Positions 26,054-35,964 of a DNA stretch of 64,000 nucleotides are shown piece after piece. This DNA is from a bacterium. GTDB taxonomy: Bacteria; Patescibacteriota; Dojkabacteria; SC72; WJKH01. The first letter of the stretch is position 1; every line of letters begins with the position of its first letter. A program made the position numbers and the translations under genes. The notes beneath the pieces are model-generated. The model worked only from the letters and a program-made list of their open reading frames with translations. It made no database searches and was not told the origin of the DNA. The stretch is from NCBI GenBank assembly GCA_029547225.1, contig JAKPPS010000028.1, forward strand, positions 12,405 through 76,404, in the 5' to 3' direction.

Positions 26054-28780
26054 ATGGAAAAATATAATCCAAAGGAGATTGAAAAAAAATGGCAAGAAAA
26101 GTGGGAGAAATCCGATATAAATAAGGCAGTAGATTTTGATAAAAGGCCAAAGTATTATGCTTTGCTTGAGTTTCCATATCCTTCAGGAGCAGGTATGCAT
26201 ATTGGCCATACACGAAATGATTCAATGATGGATGTAATGGTAAGGTTAAGGCGTATGAAGGGATACAATGTACTTTTCCCGATAGGTTGGGATGCATTCG
26301 GATTACCTACAGAAAATTATGCTTTGAAAACAAACAGAAATCCGGCTGAAGTAACAAAAGAAAATACAGATAATTTCTTGAGGCAGATGAAATCTTTGGG
26401 TTTGTCTTTTGATTATGATCGTATTGTTGATACTACTGATCCAAAGTATTACAAGTGGACACAATGGATTTTCTTGAAATTATTGGAAAAAGGATTAGCT
26501 TACAAAGCTGAAATGCCAATAAATTGGTGCCCGAAATGTAAAGTTGGGTGTGCTAATGAAGAAGTTATTGGTGGAGTACACGAAAGATGTAATACTCCAG
26601 TTGAAACAAAAAATCTCTCCCAATGGGTATTAAAAATTACTGAATATGCTGATAGATTATATGATGATCTTGATTATGTCGATTATCTTGAAAGTATAAA
26701 GATAAGTCAAAGGAATTGGATTGGACGAAAACCGTGGATTGATATTGAAATGCAAGTTGTCATGCCTGTCCAAGATCAAACAGTATCAAATAACACGGAT
26801 GAAACACCAGATATTGAATCAAATAATATCGATAAGGATAAAGTAAAAATAGCAGATGGTTTAAGATTGTTGGACCGCAAGAGTGATGATTCTGACTTTA
26901 AGAGAATTGAAGATGTTAAAATTACCATTGCTACTTCACGACCAGATACTAACTTTGGTGCAACTTTTGTAGTGTTAGCACCAGATTGTGATTATGTTGA
27001 ACACCTTAAGAAATATATGTCTTCAGAGACGATTTCTCGAGTAGAGGAATATTCCTTGCAAACTTCAAAGAAAACTCAAGCAGACAGAATATCCGAAGGA
27101 CGCAAAAAGACGGGAGTATTTACTGGATTGTATACTATTAATCCGTTAAACAATGAAAAATTACCAATATTCCTTGCCGATTTCGTAATGAAAGATGTCG
27201 GTACTGGAGCGGTAATAGGTGTTCCTGGACATGATCGTCGAGATTATGAATTCTCTCAGGTCTATGATTTGCCAGTAATAAGGGTTGTAAAAACTCTCGA
27301 TGGTAAAGATAGTGAAATAGAAAGTATAGATGATGTCCAAGAAGCAGAGGGTATTATGATGAATTCAGGGTTTCTTGATGGCATGGAGATACATGATGCA
27401 ATACCAGCTGTAATGGATTATCTAGAATCAAAGGGAGTTGGTAAAAAAGTAATAAGATATAATTTGCATGATTGGAATTTCTCGAGACAAAGATATTGGG
27501 GCGAACCAATTCCAGTCGTATTTTGTGATAAATGCGGTACCGTACCATTACCAGAAGAGCAGTTACCATTAACTTTACCTGAAATGAGTAAATATGAACT
27601 AACCGAAGATGGAACTTCTCCATTAAGTAAAGTAAGTGAATGGGTAAATACAACTTGTCCCAAATGTGGAGGTCCGGCAAAGAGAGAAACTGATACTATG
27701 CCTAACTGGGCTGGTTCAAGCTGGTACTTTATGAGGTATTGCGATCCTAACAACGATCAAGCACTTGCAGATAAAGATAAGCTTGATTATTGGATGCCTG
27801 TCGATTTCTATGAGGGAGGGTCCGAACATATTAATTTACATCTTCTTTATTCAAGATTCTGGTACAAATTCCTGGGTGATATCGGTTATGCATCAAATAA
27901 TAGACTCTCTGACGAAGAAGCAAAGAAGATCTTAGAATCTGGAAAAATAAAAGAAAGGCATCAGGAGGTACTAAAGGGTAGAGAACCATATCTTGCACGT
28001 GCAATCCATGGAATAGTGCTAGGTGAAGGTGGCGTAAAAATGTCCAAGTCGCTAGGCAATGTTATAAATCCAGATAATCTTATTGCAGAATATGGTGCGG
28101 ATGTAACGAGAGCATATATGTTGTTTATGGGACCATATGATGTAACATGTGAGTGGAGTGATAGGACAATAATTGGTGTTAGAAGATGGATCACAAGGAT
28201 GTGGAATTATATTGGCAAACAGATTGATGTCCTGCCAACCGATAACGATAATGCTACCGCGCCAATCTTAAACAATACTGCGGGTAATCATGAAGATGGT
28301 TTGGAGAAGTCCGATAAGATTTCTGATATAGGTCTTGCAGTAAAACAACTCGCGTATGAGGTTGAAGAGGATATTTTGGGATTAAAGTTTAATACAGCCA
28401 TCTCGTTAATCATGAAATTTATAAATGAGCATGAAGAGGATTTGTTAAATTATGATTCAGTTCTTGATTTGATTAAAATTATGGCGCCGATTACTCCCCA
28501 TCTTGCTGAAGAGTTATGGTTTCAAGTCGGTCAACCTTTCTCGGTTCATAATTCAGAATGGGTAAAATATAATGTATCTGATTTCAAGAAATCTACAGTT
28601 GTTATTCCAGTACAGTTCAATGGTAAGGTAAGGGGTAGGATCGAAATTAATGTTGATGCTGACGAGCAGTCGGTTATTGATTCGATTCTCGCGGATTCTT
28701 CTTTGAATCGTAATCTTCCTGAAGGTAAGTACAAGAAGGTTATCTTCGTTCCGAATAAAATAATTAATATTATCGTATAA
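26054..28780 (+). CDS. leuS: Leucine--tRNA ligase
   Basis: FPYPSG, HIGH, GWDAFGLP, GTGAV, SRQRYWG and KMSKS; likely start MEKYNP at 26054. Confidence 0.96.
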   Translation: MEKYNPKEIEKKWQEKWEKSDINKAVDFDKRPKYYALLEFPYPSGAGMHIGHTRNDSMMDVMVRLRRMKGYNVLFPIGWDAFGLPTENYALKTNRNPAEVTKENTDNFLRQMKSLGLSFDYDRIVDTTDPKYYKWTQWIFLKLLEKGLAYKAEMPINWCPKCKVGCANEEVIGGVHERCNTPVETKNLSQWVLKITEYADRLYDDLDYVDYLESIKISQRNWIGRKPWIDIEMQVVMPVQDQTVSNNTDETPDIESNNIDKDKVKIADGLRLLDRKSDDSDFKRIEDVKITIATSRPDTNFGATFVVLAPDCDYVEHLKKYMSSETISRVEEYSLQTSKKTQADRISEGRKKTGVFTGLYTINPLNNEKLPIFLADFVMKDVGTGAVIGVPGHDRRDYEFSQVYDLPVIRVVKTLDGKDSEIESIDDVQEAEGIMMNSGFLDGMEIHDAIPAVMDYLESKGVGKKVIRYNLHDWNFSRQRYWGEPIPVVFCDKCGTVPLPEEQLPLTLPEMSKYELTEDGTSPLSKVSEWVNTTCPKCGGPAKRETDTMPNWAGSSWYFMRYCDPNNDQALADKDKLDYWMPVDFYEGGSEHINLHLLYSRFWYKFLGDIGYASNNRLSDEEAKKILESGKIKERHQEVLKGREPYLARAIHGIVLGEGGVKMSKSLGNVINPDNLIAEYGADVTRAYMLFMGPYDVTCEWSDRTIIGVRRWITRMWNYIGKQIDVLPTDNDNATAPILNNTAGNHEDGLEKSDKISDIGLAVKQLAYEVEEDILGLKFNTAISLIMKFINEHEEDLLNYDSVLDLIKIMAPITPHLAEELWFQVGQPFSVHNSEWVKYNVSDFKKSTVVIPVQFNGKVRGRIEINVDADEQSVIDSILADSSLNRNLPEGKYKKVIFVPNKIINIIV

Positions 28781-28916
28781 GAATTAGTATTGAAAATAGT
28801 AAAGATAAATTCATAATGATTAATATCGAATATTTGCTTTATTCATATGAGTTGAAAAAATACTAACAATATACTATTATTAAATATCAATTTAAATTAG
28901 CATATGAAATCAAATT

Positions 28917-29630
28917 ATGGGAAGTGGAATTACAAGTGAGTTAAAGGGTCAGAAGAATATTTTACTAGCAGTTTTAGGTCTTTGTGTAGTATTATTTGTT
29001 GGTTTTTATTTATTAAACACGGGAACAATGAGTAATGTAAATGAAAGAATTAATGAAGATCCCGTTGTTGATTATCCAGAGGGAGATGAGAATATGTCAA
29101 AAAATAATAAATATAGTTCAGAGCCAGTAATGAGTTTAAAACCAAACACTGATTATCAGGCTGAGATAGTTACAGATAAAGGTACGATAGTAGTCGATTT
29201 ATACGAAGAGGATACTCCAAGAACAGTAAATAGCTTTGTATTTCTTGCAAACGATGATTTTTTTGATGGTTTGACATTTCATAGAGTGTTTCCAAATTTT
29301 GTAATTCAAGGTGGAGATCCTTTAGGTACTGGTATGGGCGGTCCAGGTTATAAATTTATCAATGAAATTGTTACAAAATATAAATTTGAACCATATGTTT
29401 TGGCTATGGCAAATGCCGGTGCAAATACAAATGGCAGTCAATTCTTTATCACAACAGGGACATCGAAAGGTAGTATAGAAAGTCTTGATGGAGATTATAC
29501 AATCTTTGGTAAAGTCTTGAGTGGTCAGTCGGTAGTTGATGCTATTGCACAAACTCCTGCAGATCCAAATTCTGGTGCGGTTACAGGAGTAAAGCCGGTA
29601 ATTACAACAATCAATATCTTAGAAAAATAA
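28917..29630 (+). CDS. Membrane-anchored cyclophilin PPIase
   Basis: FHRV..FVIQGGDP, AMANAG, NGSQFFI, YTIFG. Confidence 0.93.
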   Translation: MGSGITSELKGQKNILLAVLGLCVVLFVGFYLLNTGTMSNVNERINEDPVVDYPEGDENMSKNNKYSSEPVMSLKPNTDYQAEIVTDKGTIVVDLYEEDTPRTVNSFVFLANDDFFDGLTFHRVFPNFVIQGGDPLGTGMGGPGYKFINEIVTKYKFEPYVLAMANAGANTNGSQFFITTGTSKGSIESLDGDYTIFGKVLSGQSVVDAIAQTPADPNSGAVTGVKPVITTINILEK

Positions 29631-29906
29631 CACCTTTATTGAGGATAATAGTGCTTTTTTATCGTTATTGCTCACTTACTCTGCATCTAACGTTCTTATC
29701 CTTATGTATGAGGTAATTATGTGGGTAGCACTTCACCTAATTATTAAAGTTTTTTATATAACCATGCGCTGATTTTCAAAAGCATGCGTCACCATTACAA
29801 TCCTTTCTCTGTACTGTAAAAGTATCATTTTCACATTCTTTACCGAGTCTTTTCTGTTTAATAATATATTCATTTTGAATTAATAATCTTGTATTAGAAT
29901 TAATAC

Positions 29907-30671
29907 ATGGTTGAAAAGAAAAAGCATTATTTAATTTTATTCGCTGTGGCTACACTCACATTATGTATCGGATATTTGCTAGGGGGGTTGGTAAGTGAAA
30001 GAAGCTGTACTTGTGATGAAAGTAACATACTAAGGGGGAGTATAAGCGTGTCGGCTGATGGTTCTGAATCAGGGGTTCTGGCAGCTGAGGAAGAAGATAC
30101 TGAGAATAATATTGTGGCGGAAGATGTCGATAACCTGAGTGAAGGCGTATATCTTGAGGGGGAAGTCGTCGCTGAAGATCAGGAGTGTGAGATACGTGTA
30201 GATGTAAATGGTGCGGTTGTGAAGCCAGGAGTGTTCTGTATGCAAAAGGGGGATAGAGTTGTAGATGCTTTGGCTAGTGCAGGGGGGGTTAATGAACAGG
30301 TTTATGCTTTCAAATACTTTGCACAAAGCTTCAACCAGTCCGAGCCTGTAACTGATGGGCAAAAAATATATGTACCTTTCTATGAAGATCAGAAGTGTAT
30401 TTTAGATACATCGGAAAGCGAGAAATATGCAAGTATCACTTCTGAGGAGATTAGTAAACCAGTGAAGGGCTCGGATAATTCAAGTGCATACGCCTGCACT
30501 AGTCTTAATAATGCTAGTCAGGAGGAGTTGGAATTATTAAGTGGGATAGGCGAATCTACTGCTCAAAAAATAATTGATAGTCGTCCTTACAGTAGAATTG
30601 AAGATATTATGGAAGTGAAAGGTATCGGAGAATCTATTTTTGCAAAGATCAAAAATGAAATATGTATTTAA
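29907..30671 (+). CDS. comEA: Competence protein ComEA
   Basis: TM, SLBB domain (VDVNGAVVKPGV), C-terminal HhH (LSGIGESTAQKII, VKGIG). Confidence 0.92.
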   Translation: MVEKKKHYLILFAVATLTLCIGYLLGGLVSERSCTCDESNILRGSISVSADGSESGVLAAEEEDTENNIVAEDVDNLSEGVYLEGEVVAEDQECEIRVDVNGAVVKPGVFCMQKGDRVVDALASAGGVNEQVYAFKYFAQSFNQSEPVTDGQKIYVPFYEDQKCILDTSESEKYASITSEEISKPVKGSDNSSAYACTSLNNASQEELELLSGIGESTAQKIIDSRPYSRIEDIMEVKGIGESIFAKIKNEICI

Positions 30672-32499
30672 ATTGATAAAAACCTTACAATTTAGATTAC
30701 GCAAAAATATCCAATTCATTGTGGAAAGATTATCTCGAAGGTTTTTTTCCTTTGTTGAATATTATTATCAGAACATATCTGTTTATTTTTTCGGAACGAT
30801 AACAGCGTACTTGATTGTAGGTGCAATATTAACATATGAGTTATTTTTACAAAGGATAATCGCAAATTCTACAGTGTTTTCATGGCACATATTTAAAGTA
30901 GAAAAAAGCATTAGCCTAGTAAATACTGATGGTTCAACAAATGAGTTAATATTTGTTTTCACAATATTCGCTTTATTGGTGTTTTTCACGATGCTGATAA
31001 AACTTGCTATTACAGCGCTTTTGAAAGTAGTTTCACAAAAAAGACAGAACTACTTACTAATCAGACTTGTATTAAAAAGATGTTTCACAGATCTTTTTGC
31101 TCTATGTGTCGCGATAATCTCGCTATATTTATGTTTATCAGGTGCAAATGAGAGATATTTAATGAGTAATACTCTTATAGGTAAACATGAAGATCTTGAA
31201 GTTTACATATATAGTGAGCCAAGGGAAAAAGCAAATCATACTAATGTAATTTTAGCTGTATATCCCGAAACGATAGAAATAGATAAGTATAGTTATTCGA
31301 AGTTATATACGAGTGGTGATATTTTAATCTCAGCTGTAATACCCAAATATCCTGTTGTTATGCTCGGACAAAAATGCTTTCTAAATGGTGAATTAAAATC
31401 GCCTGAAAATTACTCTGATTTTGATTATGAAAAGATGTTAGGTACTAAACAGATCTATCTGACAGCATATCTTGAGAATATTAAGTGCGTAAATGAGAGT
31501 AATGGTTCTTTGATACGCAACAAAATATATATGTTTAAAAAAGTAATAATTTCTCAGATCGAAAAGAAATTTACTGAACCGACCGCTAGTTTGCTTGTTG
31601 GATTCATTTTCGGAGAGAATAGAGCGTTTAATAATCAATTGTCAGATGCTTTTATAAACACAGGGACATCACATATTATCGCCGCATCTGGATACAATGT
31701 GAACATACTTCTCTTAAGTATTAACAGTATATTGTCAGCTGTAGATAAAAAAAACAGAAGTAGGGTAAGTATTATCGTGATATGGGCATACTGCATTCTA
31801 GCTGGATTATCAGCATCAATAATCAGAGCTACAATTATGGCTTCAGTGGCAATAATTGGAAGTAACATCGGGAAAAATAGAATAACACTAAATGCATTAT
31901 TGATCACAGTCTGCATAATGATGATTATAAATCCGTTTGAAATATATAATGTAGGTTTCTTACTATCTGTAGGGTCGACATTAGCACTTATTGTTGTGCT
32001 CCCAAGTATCGAAAAAACGATAATCAATTTTAGAGCAAGTAATATACTATCGGACTATAAATATAGTCAAAATACAATAATATTGCAAGACGCAAAACGG
32101 ATATTAGGGGATATATCTACAAATGGGACTCAAACAATAGCGTGTACACTTGTTGTATTACCAATATTAATCGTAACGTTCAAACAAGTCTCGATCAGTA
32201 CTGTAATCGCCAATATATTAATTCTACCATTGGTAGAATTGGCACTTCTCATATGTCTTATATGGATTCTTATTAATTCATTAATACCTAGTTTGGCAAT
32301 TTTTATTACTTTTATACCAACTCTTATATGTAATCTTATAGCCAGTATTCTGAAGATAGTTGGTGATATTGAACCCGTGATTATCAACAATGCCAATAGT
32401 ATTCTTCCGCTATTAATTGTCGTCTATACTATGATACTATTCGTTTTTGTTCTAATTTTTTACCCTACAGTATATGAGAAAAATATGGGCATTGGTTGA
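30640..32499 (+). CDS. comEC: ComEC membrane/competence domain
   Basis: GTSHIIAASGYNV, SIIRATIM and GFLLSV; many TM helices. Confidence 0.9.
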   Translation: MQRSKMKYVFKLIKTLQFRLRKNIQFIVERLSRRFFSFVEYYYQNISVYFFGTITAYLIVGAILTYELFLQRIIANSTVFSWHIFKVEKSISLVNTDGSTNELIFVFTIFALLVFFTMLIKLAITALLKVVSQKRQNYLLIRLVLKRCFTDLFALCVAIISLYLCLSGANERYLMSNTLIGKHEDLEVYIYSEPREKANHTNVILAVYPETIEIDKYSYSKLYTSGDILISAVIPKYPVVMLGQKCFLNGELKSPENYSDFDYEKMLGTKQIYLTAYLENIKCVNESNGSLIRNKIYMFKKVIISQIEKKFTEPTASLLVGFIFGENRAFNNQLSDAFINTGTSHIIAASGYNVNILLLSINSILSAVDKKNRSRVSIIVIWAYCILAGLSASIIRATIMASVAIIGSNIGKNRITLNALLITVCIMMIINPFEIYNVGFLLSVGSTLALIVVLPSIEKTIINFRASNILSDYKYSQNTIILQDAKRILGDISTNGTQTIACTLVVLPILIVTFKQVSISTVIANILILPLVELALLICLIWILINSLIPSLAIFITFIPTLICNLIASILKIVGDIEPVIINNANSILPLLIVVYTMILFVFVLIFYPTVYEKNMGIG

Positions 32500-32571
32500 G
32501 AGTTACAGTATGGAACCTATAGACTATTCTGCTGCACTCTCATTATTTAGTTTTACATACTATTTTGAAAT

Positions 32572-33753
32572 ATGAGCTCGACTCACTACAGGTTAGTAAT
32601 TATCTTCGCACTTCTTCTTCTGGCTTTATTTTTTTTTACTTCAGATCCATATGAGAGGTCGGTTGTAATACTTGATGTAGGACAGGGTGATTCTATACTT
32701 ATTACATCTGGAAACGATCAAATATTAATCGATGTTGGAGCTGATCGAAGTATTATTGATGCATTATCTAAATATATGCCATTGACTGATCGAACAATTG
32801 AATATCTAATAATTACACATAATCATTATGACCATTATGGTGGAATTAATGATTTATTAAGGTATTATAATGTCAACAATGTTATTTTTGTGAAACCTGA
32901 TTGCTTTGGAAAATATGATGATAATCTCTCGTGGAACAATAGCAGTTATACTTGTATTAATAGGCAAATCAACAGATTACAAGTTTCAGACGAATTGTTC
33001 ACCCTTCAGTTGTCTATATATTATCCTGATGAGTTGGATAGATATTCTCAGTTGAAAAATGATACGAAAATTGTAAATACTGGCAGTGTTTCACAGAATT
33101 CTAGCATAAAAAACGAAACTCTAGCGCCTGATTTACAAAATAAAATATGTAAAAATGAGAATAATTGCTCATTGATATCGTATGTAGAAATTACAAAAAA
33201 CAATACTCGGGATATTGATTCCGACAATCGTATATTCACAGAATACATAAGCCAGAGTAAGAAAGGATCAATTACAGCTTTTTTATACAATACTTTTACA
33301 ACATTTAAATTGAGTGTAACAGATTTTATACGAAATCGTTCAGGCGACTACATACTCTGGGGGAGTATACGAGATATATCAGAAGAAAGCCAAAAGTTAA
33401 ATATAAATAATGAATATTCTTCCAAAGGACTTTCTCAGCTCGATATCTTGTTAATGGGGGATGCTGAAACAGAATTAGAAGAAGAATATCTTGAATATCT
33501 AAGCTCAAACTCGATAGATATATTAGGAGAAAATGGAGGAGTAGAGGTATTGAAGGCTGGGCATCACTGTTCAAGAACCGCTTCTTCCCAATCTTTTATT
33601 GAGACGATTAATCCGATTTCCGCAGTTTGCAGTGTTGGAACTGATAACAAATTCGGTCATCCACATGCAGAGACTTTGGATCTTTTTGAAAGACTCGGAG
33701 TAGATGTTTATGATACCTCGATAGATGGTGATATTGTAATATTGTTACAGTAG
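32572..33753 (+). CDS. ComEC-type metallo-beta-lactamase domain (separate gene)
   Basis: DVGQGD, THNHYDH, GHHCS, FGHPH. Confidence 0.9.
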   Translation: MSSTHYRLVIIFALLLLALFFFTSDPYERSVVILDVGQGDSILITSGNDQILIDVGADRSIIDALSKYMPLTDRTIEYLIITHNHYDHYGGINDLLRYYNVNNVIFVKPDCFGKYDDNLSWNNSSYTCINRQINRLQVSDELFTLQLSIYYPDELDRYSQLKNDTKIVNTGSVSQNSSIKNETLAPDLQNKICKNENNCSLISYVEITKNNTRDIDSDNRIFTEYISQSKKGSITAFLYNTFTTFKLSVTDFIRNRSGDYILWGSIRDISEESQKLNINNEYSSKGLSQLDILLMGDAETELEEEYLEYLSSNSIDILGENGGVEVLKAGHHCSRTASSQSFIETINPISAVCSVGTDNKFGHPHAETLDLFERLGVDVYDTSIDGDIVILLQ

Positions 33754-33779
33754 TGATAAAATTACTCGTTAACAAATGT

Positions 33780-33853
<74 letters not shown>

Positions 33854-34007
33854 TATAATAATTAGATGGTGTCCCAGATTATAGTCAGTCGGATTATTGT
33901 CTTAATGGGCTTCCAAAGTGCATCTTAAGTGATAAAGTGATAAATAGTGAATCTGTTCTAGCTATATGTTCCGCTCATGAGTAGGTAGAATAATCTATAA
34001 TCAGTAT

Positions 34008-34397
34008 ATGAAAATGCAAAATCCCCTTTATAAACAGTTGATAATAGACCATTACAAAAATCCAAAAAATTTCGGCAATGTTGGTAAGTTAAAACTTCAT
34101 AACAAGGTTGAAAATGCTTCTTGTGGCGATGTTATAAATGTCGGGATGGAAATAGATGATAGTGGAGTTGTAAAATCAGTTGCTTTCGATGGTTCAGGTT
34201 GTGCTATAAGTATCGCATCAACGTCAATTTTACTTGATAGTCTAAAGGGAAAAACTCTTTCTGATATCAAAAAAATAAAATCGGGAGATGTACTAAAAAT
34301 GGTTGGTATGGAGGCTAGTAGTGGGAGAGTTAAGTGTGCTTTGCTAAGTTATGAAGGCATCAAAGAAATCGTGGATAAACTTGATAAGGCTCAATAA
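34008..34397 (+). CDS. SufU/IscU-type Fe-S scaffold
   Basis: DHYKNPKN, SCGD, GCAIS, RVKCA. Confidence 0.92.
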   Translation: MKMQNPLYKQLIIDHYKNPKNFGNVGKLKLHNKVENASCGDVINVGMEIDDSGVVKSVAFDGSGCAISIASTSILLDSLKGKTLSDIKKIKSGDVLKMVGMEASSGRVKCALLSYEGIKEIVDKLDKAQ

Positions 34398-34552
34398 AGC
34401 CGTTCAGAAGAATAAAACGTAAAAAATCCAATTTGATAATACTATTTCGTGTTCGAAAGCTTGTATCACTGGAAAAATTAGCTTGAATGTAGTATTATTT
34501 AGGCTAGATTGATATGAGTTTAAGGTATTCATCGCTCTTTATCAGTTTCTGT

Positions 34553-34626
34553 GCACCCGTAGCTTAATTGGATAGAGCATTGGTTTGCGGAACCAAAGGT
34601 TGACGGTTCGATTCCGTCCGGGTGCG
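34553..34626 (+). tRNA. tRNA-Arg(GCG)
   Basis: TTGGT-TT-GCG-GA-ACCAA. Confidence 0.93.
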
Positions 34627-34819
34627 TTTTTTCACTTTATTTGCATTTATAAAATAACGGTTATAGACAAGACAGTAATTATTTATGGTATGCCACCAAC
34701 CAGATTGCGTTCCAATAATATCTTCCCATGACTACCCAAGCTTGTTTTGAATATTCTTGTTCGGTACGTTAAAATCTATTCTATCTGAACATATGATCCT
34801 AAATTAATTCTTTGCTGAC

Positions 34820-35062
34820 TTGATTATAAGTGTTATTGCAAAAACAAAATCTAAAAGTAATAAAGTAGTGCCAGTAAGCGATAGTGGTTATACCGGTAAG
34901 TCCTTTATAGTTTATACAAAAGAAGGTCCAATAGATAATAGAGCAAATATAGATATTATTAAGCAATTAGCAAAGTATTATGGTATTGCTAAAAGCAACA
35001 TAAAGATAAAATCAGGTCTTTCCTCGAAAAACAAACTTTTCATTATCGATATTGAAGAATAA
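34820..35062 (+). CDS. DUF167/YggU-family protein
   Basis: P.DNRAN..II..LA and I..G..SK.K pattern; TTG start. Confidence 0.8.
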   Translation: MIISVIAKTKSKSNKVVPVSDSGYTGKSFIVYTKEGPIDNRANIDIIKQLAKYYGIAKSNIKIKSGLSSKNKLFIIDIEE

Positions 35063-35398
35063 TAGCCTCACTGATTCCTAATCGTGATGGTTTATTTCCT
35101 TATTCTTTTCAGAAGTAATACTTATGGAATTCGGTTTTATCGAATATTTTAATTTTGTTCTTGATAATCTTGTTGTTAATATTGGCTATTAGTTTTGGCT
35201 TAATGGAGAAACAAGTGTTTAGACTGATCTGCTGAACAATTTCGTAAATCCTAAAAATCTCTTACAAAAATATCTCATTTGAGTAAAAATAATGTCAAAT
35301 GAAATAATATCTAAGAAAATAATTCACAAGTAATTGCAGTAGAGCAACAAAACCAAGTGGGTAGAAAATTGAACGACTTGTCAACCCCTTGAATACTA

Positions 35399-35451
35399 TT
35401 GACACCACAAGATGTTGGGGGTACGCTATGAATAAGATACAAGCAGTTGTG
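35399..35451 (+). promoter_or_regulatory. nrdR operon promoter with tandem NrdR-box-like sites
   Basis: TTGACA(35399)-N17-TACGCT; cores CACAAGATGTTG (35406) and TACAAGCAGTTG (35438) are 32 bp apart. Confidence 0.6.
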
Positions 35452-35487
35452 GTAATGTAAAGATTATAAGATGTAAACTATTTTGCT

Positions 35488-35964
35488 ATGAGATGTCCAT
35501 ATTGTGGTTCGAAAGAGAGTAGAGTAGTAGATAAAAGAGATGGTGCAGATGACGGAAATACTCGCCGCAGACGTGAGTGTCTTAAATGTTATAAGCGTTT
35601 TACTACATACGAGCGAATAGAAAATGTCGAGCTAGATGTGCTAAAAAAGGATGGGACTATTGAGAAGTTCAATCGTGATAAGATTATTCGAAGTATAAAT
35701 AAGGCTATAAGTAAAAGGCCTATATCTGATGATCAGGTGTTAAAACTCGTAGAAGATATTGAAATGAAGCTGTTAAATCGTAAGGCTAGCGTGATTAAAT
35801 CATCAGAAATAGGAAAAATGATTTTAAATAGGCTTAAATGGCTCGATGGCGTTGCATATATGCGTTTCGCATCGGTATATAAAGATTTTGAGAATCTAGA
35901 CGATTTTCAGACTGAATTAATCTTATTAAGAGAGTATTATGCACAAGAACGAAAAAAGCATTAG
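35488..35964 (+). CDS. nrdR: Transcriptional repressor NrdR
   Basis: MRCPYC, RRRREC..C..RFTTYE, ATP cone, VAYMRFASVY. Confidence 0.97.
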   Translation: MRCPYCGSKESRVVDKRDGADDGNTRRRRECLKCYKRFTTYERIENVELDVLKKDGTIEKFNRDKIIRSINKAISKRPISDDQVLKLVEDIEMKLLNRKASVIKSSEIGKMILNRLKWLDGVAYMRFASVYKDFENLDDFQTELILLREYYAQERKKH

